This document shows, one piece after another, positions 47,077-56,013 of a stretch of DNA of 64,000 nt; position 1 is the first letter of the stretch, and every line of letters starts with the position of its first letter. Both the position numbers and the translations under genes were made by a program. The notes under the pieces are model-generated. The model did not search any database. It was not told the DNA's origin and saw only the letters and a list, made by a program, of their open reading frames with translations. Source of the stretch: an uncultured Klebsiella sp. (lineage in GTDB: Bacteria > Pseudomonadota > Gammaproteobacteria > Pseudomonadales > UBA5518); the NCBI GenBank assembly GCA_964610955.1, contig CAZSYV010000001.1, positions 17,305 through 81,304 of the forward strand. The letters run 5' to 3'.

Positions 47077-48696
47077 GTGCGCGAACGCAACGAGCTGATC
47101 CTCGCCGACCTCATCACACTGCGTGCGGAACAACAGCCGGACCTGGATGTGCTCACCTTCGAGCACTTCAGCCTCGATGGCGGCGCAACTCCCGATGAGG
47201 TGCGCACCTACGCCGATCTGTTCGAGAACGCACACCGCCTCGCAGCATGGCTGCGCGGGCGCGGCATGCAGCCTGGTGAGCACTTCGCAATCGCGTTGCG
47301 CAACCATCCGGAATTCATCGAGGCGATGATTGCCGCCTCGCTCACCGGCACCGTGTTCGTGCCGATCGATCCGCGTACACGCGCCGACAAGCTCGCGTTC
47401 ATGGTGAACAACTCCCGCAGCCGCGGCATCATCTGTGCGCAGTACAATCTTGCCGAAGTCTGCCGTGCCGAACGCCACTGCCCCGATCTGAAATGGCTGC
47501 TGACGCTCGATGAGGGCGAGCCCGAGGATGAGCCACCTTCACGGCTGTTCATGCAGCCAGCCGCCGAGGTACTGGCAGGCCCTGCCGTCACGGTCGATCC
47601 CTTCCCTGCCACGCTGCAGCATCCGCTGCAGGTGATCTACACATCGGGCACCACCGGAGATCCGAAGGGAATCGTCGCGAACAACCAGCGCTTTGGCGGC
47701 ACCGGCATGGTGGGCATGCTGTTTGGCTACCGCCCCGACGAGCGCCCCTACACGGGGCTGTCGCTCACGCACAGCAACGCGCAGACCACGGCGCTGTGCC
47801 CGTCGCTGTGGAAGGGACACAGGGCGGTGTTCAGTCGCCGGTTCAGCAAATCGAAACTGTGGGACATCTGCCGTCGCCACGGCTGCACGACCTTTTCGAT
47901 CCTCGGCGGCATGGCGACCGCGATCTACGCGGAACCCGAGCGAGCGGATGATGCCGACAATCCCGTGCGTCTGATCATCAGTGGCGGCATGCCGGCAGCG
48001 ATCTGGGAAGCATTCGAGAAGCGCTTTGGCGTGCAGGTCATGGAGATCTACGGCGCCAACGACGGTGGCGGCATGGCCTTCAAGGCACCAGGCACAGGGC
48101 CGGTCGGCTCCTTCGGCAAGCCGATGCCGGGCTATGAGATGCGCATCCTCGACGACGACGGCAACGAGTGCGCTCCCGGCGTGCAGGGCGAAATCTGCTG
48201 CCGCCCGGTGTCGGGCAGTTCCGCATCGGTCGAAATCGAGTACCTGGGCAATCCGGAGGCATCGAAGAAGAAGGTCCGCGACGGCTGGAACCGCAGTGGT
48301 GATGTCGGTCATCGCGACTCCGATGGCTGGCTTTACTTCGACTATCGCAAGGGTGGTGGCATCCGCCATAACGGCGACTTCATCAATCCCGGTTTCGTGG
48401 AGAAGGTGATCGCCGAACATCCCGCGGTGGATGATGTCTACGTCTACGGCATCCCGGCGCGATCCGGCTCACCGGGTGAAAAGGATGTGGTCGCAGCGAT
48501 CGTGGTGCGCGATCGCGATCGCTTCGATCCACATGCCCTGCTTGCACACTGTCGGGTCGGACTTGAACCGAATTTCGTTCCAGGCTATCTGCAACTGCTC
48601 GACGAACTGCCGAAGACAGCTTCCGAAAAAGTGCAGGAACGTCTGCTGCTCGAGGCGTTCGACCCCGATGCCGACGGTGTCTTCACGACCGCTTGA
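47077..48696 (+). CDS. AMP-dependent acyl-CoA synthetase/ligase
   Basis: AMP motif IYTSGTTGDPKGI, ...GEICCR..., ...GWNRSGDVG..., C-terminal ...LPKTASEKVQ... GTG start with a GGAGG RBS. Confidence 0.9.
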   Translation: MRERNELILADLITLRAEQQPDLDVLTFEHFSLDGGATPDEVRTYADLFENAHRLAAWLRGRGMQPGEHFAIALRNHPEFIEAMIAASLTGTVFVPIDPRTRADKLAFMVNNSRSRGIICAQYNLAEVCRAERHCPDLKWLLTLDEGEPEDEPPSRLFMQPAAEVLAGPAVTVDPFPATLQHPLQVIYTSGTTGDPKGIVANNQRFGGTGMVGMLFGYRPDERPYTGLSLTHSNAQTTALCPSLWKGHRAVFSRRFSKSKLWDICRRHGCTTFSILGGMATAIYAEPERADDADNPVRLIISGGMPAAIWEAFEKRFGVQVMEIYGANDGGGMAFKAPGTGPVGSFGKPMPGYEMRILDDDGNECAPGVQGEICCRPVSGSSASVEIEYLGNPEASKKKVRDGWNRSGDVGHRDSDGWLYFDYRKGGGIRHNGDFINPGFVEKVIAEHPAVDDVYVYGIPARSGSPGEKDVVAAIVVRDRDRFDPHALLAHCRVGLEPNFVPGYLQLLDELPKTASEKVQERLLLEAFDPDADGVFTTA

Positions 48697-48775
48697 CCGT
48701 GGCAGGACCACCCGCACCTCCCTGCGTCCGAATGACGGCAGCACGCATCGATCAACCACGCCAGGAGAACTGCAG

Positions 48776-50293
48776 GTGGACCGGATTGCCGACAACACAC
48801 CGATAGTCGCGGGGGTTGGCCAATGCGTCGAACGGGGCAGCAATGAGCTGTCTCCGGTGGAGTTTGCTGCACGGGCTGCAGCTGCGGCAATCGCTGACGC
48901 GGGGGGTCGAGGTCTGGCCGCAGCAATCGACACCATCGCCGTGAGTCGCTTCTTCTGCGACTCGGTTCCCATGTGGGCCAGTCCATTCGGGCGCAGCAAC
49001 AACCCGCCCGAATCGGTTGCACGGCGCATCGGTGCACGGCCACGCTCGCGAATCTACACCTCGGTCGGCGGCAATGAACCGCAGTCACGGCTGATCGAGT
49101 TTGCCCATGACATCGCCCGTGGCGAGCGCGAATGCGTGCTGCTCACCGGTGCCGAGGCGATCCGCAACGAACGCCACGCCCGGCGCGCCGGCAGGGAACT
49201 CGACTGGAGCGAACACCACGATGTGGCACTCGAGGAGCGCGACCCTGACCTCGCACTGCTGTCGCCGCAGGAAATCGCCAACGGTCTGATGCTGCCGATC
49301 GACTGCTACAGCCTGATCGAGCAGGCACGCGCGAGTGCCCTCGGGCGCAGCGTTGCCGCACAGCGCGAACACATGGGCCGTCTGTGGGCAGCATTTGCCG
49401 CCATCGCCGCCCACAACCCGATGGCACAGTTTCCTGTGGCTCCCAGCGCGGACGAGATTCTCGCTGCAACGCCGCTGACGCACCTGTATACGCGCCGCAT
49501 GGTGGCGCAGGACGGCGTCAACCAGGGGGCTGCCGTACTGCTCACCAGTGTCGCCAGGGCACGAACCCTCGGCATCGCACCCGAGCGCTGGGTGTTTCTG
49601 CACGGACTGGCCGAAGGACGCGAGCCCCTGCTCAGCGAGCGTCCTGATCCAGGGAATGCACCGGTAGCCGGTGCGGTGCTTGCGCGAGCCCTCGCGCTTG
49701 CCGGGATCGGCATCGACGACATCGATCCGATCGACGTCTACAGCTGCTTTCCGTGTGCAGTGAGCATGATTGCCGAGCATCTCGGCATCGTCGACGACGG
49801 CAGCCGTGCGCTCACCCTGACGGGGGGCCTGCCGTTTTTCGGTGGGCCAGGCAACAACTACACCACGCATGCGATTGCCGAAATGGTGCAGCATCTGCGT
49901 CGCACCCCGCAGGCGTTCGGACTGGTCACCGCAAACGGTGGCATATTTTCCAAGCACGCTGCAGGAATCTATTCATGTCGTCCCTCGACGGTCGACTGGG
50001 GCACGGCAGCAACCCGGGTGGATGGTTCGCAGAACGTGCGCCGGCGCATTGCCGCCACACGCCCCTCCGAAGGGAGAATCGTCTGCTGGACGATTGCCTG
50101 CAGCGAAGGAGCGCCCTCACACGGCATGATCATCGCCGGGACCGACGGCGGCGAACGCTTCACGGCACGCACCGCCCCTGGAGACCAGGCCACGATCGCC
50201 GCCCTGCTCGATGCCGATCGCAGCGGTATGCGCGTGCGCACGGCACCCGCCAAGGGGGAAACGCTGCATTTCACACTGGAGCAGAACGACTGA
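48776..50293 (+). CDS. Thiolase-like protein lacking the nucleophilic Cys, with C-terminal beta-rich extension
   Basis: GTG 48776 lies 6 nt after an AGGAGAA RBS; the track ORF from 48431 overlaps the ligase gene. It has the thiolase-fold C-terminal region (...DVYSCFPCAVSM..., ...GGLPFFGGPGNNYTTHA...). Where the paralogue has NACGSGS, this protein has VGGNEPQ. Confidence 0.8.
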   Translation: MDRIADNTPIVAGVGQCVERGSNELSPVEFAARAAAAAIADAGGRGLAAAIDTIAVSRFFCDSVPMWASPFGRSNNPPESVARRIGARPRSRIYTSVGGNEPQSRLIEFAHDIARGERECVLLTGAEAIRNERHARRAGRELDWSEHHDVALEERDPDLALLSPQEIANGLMLPIDCYSLIEQARASALGRSVAAQREHMGRLWAAFAAIAAHNPMAQFPVAPSADEILAATPLTHLYTRRMVAQDGVNQGAAVLLTSVARARTLGIAPERWVFLHGLAEGREPLLSERPDPGNAPVAGAVLARALALAGIGIDDIDPIDVYSCFPCAVSMIAEHLGIVDDGSRALTLTGGLPFFGGPGNNYTTHAIAEMVQHLRRTPQAFGLVTANGGIFSKHAAGIYSCRPSTVDWGTAATRVDGSQNVRRRIAATRPSEGRIVCWTIACSEGAPSHGMIIAGTDGGERFTARTAPGDQATIAALLDADRSGMRVRTAPAKGETLHFTLEQND

Positions 50294-50315
50294 AACACCG
50301 CATGCACGTTGCTCC

Positions 50316-50346
50316 GGGTTGCGTTCGTGTATCGCGCACGCAACCC
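50316..50346. terminator. 9-bp-stem hairpin between convergent genes (possible bidirectional terminator)
   Basis: GGGTTGCGT-N13-ACGCAACCC lies between the stop at 50293 (+) and the stop at 50360 (-). Confidence 0.45.
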
Positions 50347-50359
50347 GTCACAGCACGCC

Positions 50360-52024
50360 TCAATGGCGAATTGCTTCGACTCCCGAGCCTGTATCACCCC
50401 GTGCAGCGATAGCCACATCGTTCGCCTCGGCCACATCCCTGGCCTGTTCTGCCGGCGCTTTCCCCGACTTTCGCACGCCCCGCGTCGCTCCCTTGCCAGC
50501 AGCGTGTGCTGCCTCGTGGTGGCCACGCCGCGAGGTTCTCAGCCAGTGAGCCTCATCGATCTCGAAGTCGTGCAGTATCGCATCGAGCGTGCGCCCGATA
50601 CGCGTGGTGTTCGCGATCGCAGGAATCCGTGACCATGCGGCGCGCTCTCCTGCCTTGATGAGGTGTGCCATCTCATCTTCGTTCAGAACGCGCAGGATCA
50701 TGTCCAGGTTGGACAGGCCGTAGCCAGGGAAGATGTTGATGTCCCCGACGAAACGCTGGTCGATCAGCGCGTTCACGGTATTCATCGTCGTCCCCATGCG
50801 TGGGCTCACCTTGGTCCGGCGCTGGATCCAGTCGAGACTGCCACGCACCACTGCCTTGGTTGCGGCAACCATGGCGTCCGAGGTGATCCGACGGAACCCG
50901 GGGCTCGTGTTCGGCTCCCTGCCCAGCCCGGGCATGACCTGGCTGACGATGAAATGGTTGACGCCATACATGCGCGCCAGACGCTTCGCCGGCAGATCCT
51001 GCGAAAACGACCCATCGATCCAGCGGTGCGAGGGCAGATACGGCTTGATCTCCCCGTCCATGTTGCGTGCCTCGAGCATGACGGGTGAAAACACACCCGG
51101 CAACGCCGCACTGGCAAGCACTGCCGTGAGCACCGTCACGTTCGGCGACGCAATGTGGTTCAACAGTCGCGACGTCTGGCGCGGGCTTGCCGGCGAGATG
51201 GATATGTTGATGCTGCGCCCGGTCTTGCGGTAGGCCTCGAGGAAGGTCATGTCCGGAATCAGGCGTTCCATCTCGGTCCGGATCACTCGCGTGTCGATGG
51301 TGTTGCGCTTGCCGAAGCCGAGCTTGATGTCTGAGCGGTTATCGGTCAGCGCACGTGCGATCCAGTTGTCCTCGAACATCTCGAGGAACTCCTCATCGGT
51401 GCGGGTTCCGAGTATCCCCGCCACGAAGGCCCCTGCGCTCGCACCCGAAATCACTGCCGGACACAGACCCTGTTCGATCAGCGCCTTCAGCACCCCGAGG
51501 TGAAAGAAGCCCAATGTGCCGCCACCGCTCAGCATCAGCGCCGAACGTCCATAGCAGTGACTCGCCCGCTGGAAGAACTCCACACGTTGCACCCAGGGTA
51601 TCGATTCGAAATCACGGGGGGCGAAGTGCTCGAGCGCGTCGTTGATCTCGGCGATGTAATCGTCGATCAGCTTCTTCGTGCCGCACTTGGCCCGCTGGTA
51701 GAGCTGCGCCTTGCCGATGCCCTCCATGTTGCCGTGAATGCCCTCGTTGAGCACGAACAGCAAGCCCCGATCATCGCTCTTGCGACGCAGGCGACGAAGC
51801 TGCTGCAGCCGCAGACGGATGTTCTCGTGATCATATAGACGCGAGCTGTCCTCGCGACGCCAGTCCTCCGCTCCACTCAGACGATCGTGCCTTTCCGCCA
51901 GCTCCAGCCACTGCTGATAACTGTCCGCCGCGGCAAGCTCCTGTTCCAGAGCTTCAAGAACGGGTGAACGGGGTGAAAAACGCGCAGACTTCGCCATCAA
52001 GATCTCCAACAAACTGCCGGACAT
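50360..52024 (-). CDS. Patatin-like phospholipase with N-terminal DUF3336-type region
   Basis: Oxyanion GGG (MLSGGGTLGFFHLGV), the serine lipase motif G-x-S-x-G (GASAG) and a downstream D-G catalytic Asp region (...WIDGSF...). The alternative start is ATG 51997. Confidence 0.9.
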   Translation of the reverse strand: MSGSLLEILMAKSARFSPRSPVLEALEQELAAADSYQQWLELAERHDRLSGAEDWRREDSSRLYDHENIRLRLQQLRRLRRKSDDRGLLFVLNEGIHGNMEGIGKAQLYQRAKCGTKKLIDDYIAEINDALEHFAPRDFESIPWVQRVEFFQRASHCYGRSALMLSGGGTLGFFHLGVLKALIEQGLCPAVISGASAGAFVAGILGTRTDEEFLEMFEDNWIARALTDNRSDIKLGFGKRNTIDTRVIRTEMERLIPDMTFLEAYRKTGRSINISISPASPRQTSRLLNHIASPNVTVLTAVLASAALPGVFSPVMLEARNMDGEIKPYLPSHRWIDGSFSQDLPAKRLARMYGVNHFIVSQVMPGLGREPNTSPGFRRITSDAMVAATKAVVRGSLDWIQRRTKVSPRMGTTMNTVNALIDQRFVGDINIFPGYGLSNLDMILRVLNEDEMAHLIKAGERAAWSRIPAIANTTRIGRTLDAILHDFEIDEAHWLRTSRRGHHEAAHAAGKGATRGVRKSGKAPAEQARDVAEANDVAIAARGDTGSGVEAIRH

Positions 52025-52048
52025 GTTGCAAAACAGTACAGCAACATG
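52022..52048. promoter_or_regulatory. Perfect 8-bp inverted repeat CATGTTGC-N11-GCAACATG overlapping the patatin start codon
   Basis: Directly visible. One arm contains the annotated ATG (52024-52022). It could be an operator for a dimeric regulator or an RNA hairpin that sequesters the start codon. Confidence 0.3.
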
Positions 52049-52102
52049 ACTATGAACAAAAGCATAAGGACCTTGAGAGGGGGTTTCCAGTTCTTTTTCA
52101 GC

Positions 52103-53296
52103 TCACAAACCTGTCATTTTTTCGTTTGTCCAGCCCCGTCGAAGACGAATTTCATCCAGCACCTCATCTGTGTGCTCCCCGAGCCCCGGGGCGGTCGAAC
52201 GTGCTGTCCACGGCGTCCCATGGAAATCCGTGGGAGAGGCGATCATCGTGGTCGTGCCTGACGGATCGGGCACATCGATCAGCGCACCGCAGGCACGCAG
52301 TTGCGGATCGGCGAGCACATCGTCGGCGCTGTTGATCGGCGCCCAGAAGAAGTCGGGATCGGCATCGAAGATCAGCGCCCACTCATCGAGCGTCCGGGTG
52401 GCGAATGCGGCATCGAGCAGTGAAATCAGCTCACCCGCGTGCTGCGCTCGCGCCAGCGGTGTGGCAAAGCGTGGGTCATCCAGCCACTCCGGGTGCCCGA
52501 CAGCCCGCGCCAGTGGTGGCCAGTGCCGCTCGCCCTCGAGTCCGACGATCCAGAAGCGCCTCCCGTCCCCCGCCCGATAATTGTTGATTGCCGGATTGCC
52601 CATGGTTTCACGCACCCCGATCTGCGGATACAGGCCCCAGCCGAGCTTCATGTTCAGATCGAAACCGACCGTATAGACGCCCTGGCGCAGCAGTGAGGTC
52701 GAAACCAGCTGGCCGCAGCCGCTGCGCTCACGGGAAAACAGCGCAGCAGCGATTGCGCCGGCAAAGGAACTCGCCACTGAATGATCGCCCATGCCGCCAC
52801 GCTGGAACGGCGGATTCGCACCCGGTGGGGTGAGCAGATCCGCGATCCCGGAGCGCGCCCAGAATGCCGCGATGTCATAGGCGGCACGGTCGGCATCGGG
52901 GCCTTCGAGCCCGTAGCCGGTGATGATTCCGTAGACAAGTCGCGGGTAGCGTGCAAGCAGGGTCTGATGATCGAGCCCAAGGCGCGCCAGTGCGGACGGG
53001 CGGATATTGCTGAGGAACACATCGGCCGAGCCGATCAGATCGAGCATCATGCCACGGTCATCCGCCTCGCCGAGGTCCAGCACCAGGCTGCGCTTGCCGC
53101 GATTGTCAAGCTCGAACACCGGATTGTTCGGCATGTCGGCTCCCAGCATGCGCTGGAAACCCCGTGCCGGGTCACCCTCCGGGGGTTCCACCTTGATCAC
53201 CTCGGCTCCCCAGTCCGCCAGGATTCCACCCGCTGCCGGACCGGCTACCCAGACTCCCAGTTCGACGACCCGTATCCCGTCCAGCGGTCCCGCCAT
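52103..53296 (-). CDS. Family III CoA-transferase (CaiB/BaiF-like)
   Basis: MAGPLDGIRVVELGVWVAGPAAGGILADWGAEVIKVEPPEGDP... is the classic N-terminus. A GGAGG RBS precedes ATG 53296. Confidence 0.9.
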   Translation of the reverse strand: MAGPLDGIRVVELGVWVAGPAAGGILADWGAEVIKVEPPEGDPARGFQRMLGADMPNNPVFELDNRGKRSLVLDLGEADDRGMMLDLIGSADVFLSNIRPSALARLGLDHQTLLARYPRLVYGIITGYGLEGPDADRAAYDIAAFWARSGIADLLTPPGANPPFQRGGMGDHSVASSFAGAIAAALFSRERSGCGQLVSTSLLRQGVYTVGFDLNMKLGWGLYPQIGVRETMGNPAINNYRAGDGRRFWIVGLEGERHWPPLARAVGHPEWLDDPRFATPLARAQHAGELISLLDAAFATRTLDEWALIFDADPDFFWAPINSADDVLADPQLRACGALIDVPDPSGTTTMIASPTDFHGTPWTARSTAPGLGEHTDEVLDEIRLRRGWTNEKMTGL

Positions 53297-53329
53297 CGTG
53301 CATCCTCCCCTGCCCATTGTCCTCGGTGC

Positions 53330-53986
53330 TCAGACCCGCCCTTCACCCACTCCCGCGCGACGCTGCTGCACGATACCGATGACAGCCGGTGCCACCGATA
53401 TCAGCACGATCGCGAGGATCACCAGACTGAAATTCTCCTTCACGACGGGAATGTTGCCGAAGAAATAGCCAGCCATCACGCAGATACCCACCCACAGCAG
53501 CGCACCAACGACGTTGTAGGCAAGGAACTTCCCGTAGCTCATTGCACCAATCCCGGCGACGAAAGGTGCAAAGGTGCGCACGATCGGCACGAAGCGTGCA
53601 ATCACGATCGTCTTGCCGCCGTGGCGTTCGTAGAAGGCATGCGTTCGCCGCAGGTGTTCGGGGTTGAAGAATCGTGAGCGGGGATAGTGAAACACCTTCG
53701 GCCCCAGATAGTGGCCGATCGCATAGTTCAGCGTATCGCCAAGGATTGCCGCGACACCAAGCAGCCCGAACAGCAGCCAGGCATCCAGGGCACCCTGCGC
53801 AGCAAAGGCACCGGCGGCAAACAGCAGTGAGTCGCCTGGCAGTATCGGCGTGACGACCAGACCCGTCTCGCAGAAAACGATCAGGAACAGCAGCGCATAG
53901 GTGTGCGTGCCATGACGCGCAATGATCTCGGCGAGGTGCTGATCGAGATGCAGGAAGAAATCGATGAGCCAGTGAACGAGATCCAT
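53330..53986 (-). CDS. DedA-family membrane protein
   Basis: ...FCETGLVVTPILPGDSLLFAAG... and ...GKTIVIARFVPIVRTFAPFVAGIG... DedA/SNARE-associated motifs. Confidence 0.9.
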   Translation of the reverse strand: MDLVHWLIDFFLHLDQHLAEIIARHGTHTYALLFLIVFCETGLVVTPILPGDSLLFAAGAFAAQGALDAWLLFGLLGVAAILGDTLNYAIGHYLGPKVFHYPRSRFFNPEHLRRTHAFYERHGGKTIVIARFVPIVRTFAPFVAGIGAMSYGKFLAYNVVGALLWVGICVMAGYFFGNIPVVKENFSLVILAIVLISVAPAVIGIVQQRRAGVGEGRV

Positions 53987-54186
53987 GGGGACTCCGGCGC
54001 GAACCGCATCGTGATGACACGGCAGTGAGCGCAATTCTACCGCGCCGGCCCTGATCGGCCACCTCATGTGTAAACGCGATCCGGGTGGCGCATTTCGAGG
54101 CGAGGCCCGGCATATCCCCCATCCTGTCCCCGGCGAAGGTGCCGGGCTGGCGTTGCAGTCGCGATGCTACACTTCGTCTCTGATCC

Positions 54187-56013
54187 ATGCATGCAGCGTC
54201 CGACAGCAGCAGAACCTCATCATCGATGCCAAACGCCGCCACACCTTCGCTCGCACGCATCTACCGCCTCGTCCCTGCCTTCGACTCGCTGCGCCGCTAC
54301 CGGCCGAGCGATGCCCGCTCCGACGTTCTCGCCGGGCTCACGGTCGCGGCGGTCGCCGTGCCGCAGGCGATGGCCTACGCGATGATCATCGAGGTGCCGC
54401 CGATCTACGGGCTCTACACCGCGATCGTCATGACCGCTATCGGTGCACTGTTTGATTCCTCGCGCCAGCTCATCAACGGCCCCACCAACGCGATCTCGAT
54501 TGCGGTGCTGAGCGCAGTCGCCGTGGTCGTAGATCCGGAGCAGCGCCTCGCAGCAATTTTCCTGATGACCTTCATGATCGGTTCGATCCAGCTCGCGATA
54601 GCGCTGTTCCGGTTCGGTGACCTCACGCGCTTCATTTCGCACTCCGTGATCGTCGGCTTCACCCTCGGTGCGGGAACCCTGCTCGTGACCGATCAGATGA
54701 AGAACCTGCTCGGCATGAAAGCCATGGGGGGGCCGCACGATCACCTGTTGGTGCGCTTCTGGCTTTCGATGACCGAAGGTGGTGGCATACACCCTGAAAC
54801 CGCATTGATCGGCCTCGGCACCATCGCGCTGGTACTACTGCTGCGCGGGCTCAAACGCTGGCTCCGGATGCCGCTGTTACCGGAACTGTTCATCGTGGTC
54901 TGCGTGATGGCGACGGCCTGCGCCTGGCTCGGTCTCGAGGAACGCGGCGTCAGGGTCGTGGGCGCCATACCCGCATCCCTTCCGGAGTTTCGGTTACCGG
55001 TATTCGATGCCGTGAAAATACAGCAATTTGCTGGCGATGCGCTCGCGATCGCCCTGCTCGGACTGCTCGAAGCAATTGCGATGGCCAAGGCGATCGCAGC
55101 GCAGACCCGCCAGAAGCTCGACATGAACCAGCAGTGCCTCAGCGAGGCGCTCGCGAATCTCGGGGGCAGCCTCTACCAGTGCATTCCCGGTTCGGGCTCG
55201 CTGACACGCTCGGCCATCAACCAGCAGGCCGGGGCTGCCACCCAGTGGTCCGGCGTGATCTCGGCTGCCGGCGTAGCGGCCATCATGATGATCTTTGCAC
55301 CCTACGCACAGCACCTGCCGCGTGCAGCACTGGCCGGCATACTCGTGGTCGCATCGTGGGGCATGATCGACTGGCGCTCGCTCGCCTTCCACTGGCGGGC
55401 AACGCACTTCGACGCGGCGATCATCGCGGCAACCGCCTTTTCCGCGCTGGCGATCTCGGTCGAATTCTGCGTGATGATCGGCGTGCTCATGTCCTTCGTG
55501 CTCACCGTGCCACGCGCCGGACGCATGCTGCTCACACAGTTCGTTGTCAGCACCGAAGGCAGCATCCACGAACGGCTGCCCGACGATATACCATGCCGCA
55601 AGCTGCTGATCTTCGGTCTGGAGGGAGAATTCTTTTTCGGTGCGATGTCGGCGATGGAACGCCACTTCGACGCGATCGAGTCGCAGGTGAGTCCCGACAC
55701 CGAGGTGATCGTCCTGCGACTGAAGCGGGTGCGCAACCCCGATGCGGTTGCACTCGCCGAGCTCAAGCAGTTCCTGTTGCGCATGAAAGCCTGCGGTGTG
55801 CATGTACTGATGTGCGGCGTGGGCCACGACCTCCACAGTGCGATGCAGCGCGCAGGAATGAGCGGGCGTCTCGACGAGCAGGTCTTCCTCGAACAGCGTG
55901 TGCGCCAGACGAGTACGATGCGTGCAATCCGACACGCGTACCAGCTGCTTGGCGGACGGTGCAAAACCTGTCCGTGGCACAACGGCGAGACCGGACGCCA
56001 GGCAGGCGCTTAG
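54187..56013 (+). CDS. SulP-family anion permease with C-terminal STAS domain
   Basis: ...DVLAGLTVAAVAVPQAMAYAMI..., multiple TM helices, and a C-terminal STAS (...LIFGLEGEFFFGA...VIVLRLKRVRNPD...). The alternative start is ATG 54226. Confidence 0.9.
   Translation: MHAASDSSRTSSSMPNAATPSLARIYRLVPAFDSLRRYRPSDARSDVLAGLTVAAVAVPQAMAYAMIIEVPPIYGLYTAIVMTAIGALFDSSRQLINGPTNAISIAVLSAVAVVVDPEQRLAAIFLMTFMIGSIQLAIALFRFGDLTRFISHSVIVGFTLGAGTLLVTDQMKNLLGMKAMGGPHDHLLVRFWLSMTEGGGIHPETALIGLGTIALVLLLRGLKRWLRMPLLPELFIVVCVMATACAWLGLEERGVRVVGAIPASLPEFRLPVFDAVKIQQFAGDALAIALLGLLEAIAMAKAIAAQTRQKLDMNQQCLSEALANLGGSLYQCIPGSGSLTRSAINQQAGAATQWSGVISAAGVAAIMMIFAPYAQHLPRAALAGILVVASWGMIDWRSLAFHWRATHFDAAIIAATAFSALAISVEFCVMIGVLMSFVLTVPRAGRMLLTQFVVSTEGSIHERLPDDIPCRKLLIFGLEGEFFFGAMSAMERHFDAIESQVSPDTEVIVLRLKRVRNPDAVALAELKQFLLRMKACGVHVLMCGVGHDLHSAMQRAGMSGRLDEQVFLEQRVRQTSTMRAIRHAYQLLGGRCKTCPWHNGETGRQAGA

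Noticed and set aside
45033-47207. 724-aa minus-strand ORF
   Set aside because: Antisense to the nitroreductase and SCPx-thiolase genes. The composition is Arg/His-rich and shadow-frame-like, with no RBS or family resemblance.
56010-56013. Convergent genes with overlapping ends (SulP/APC permease stops share TTAG; methyltransferase and haem protein also overlap at 58425-58435)
   Set aside because: Short convergent overlaps are common in compact GC-rich genomes. Nothing suggests a functional element.
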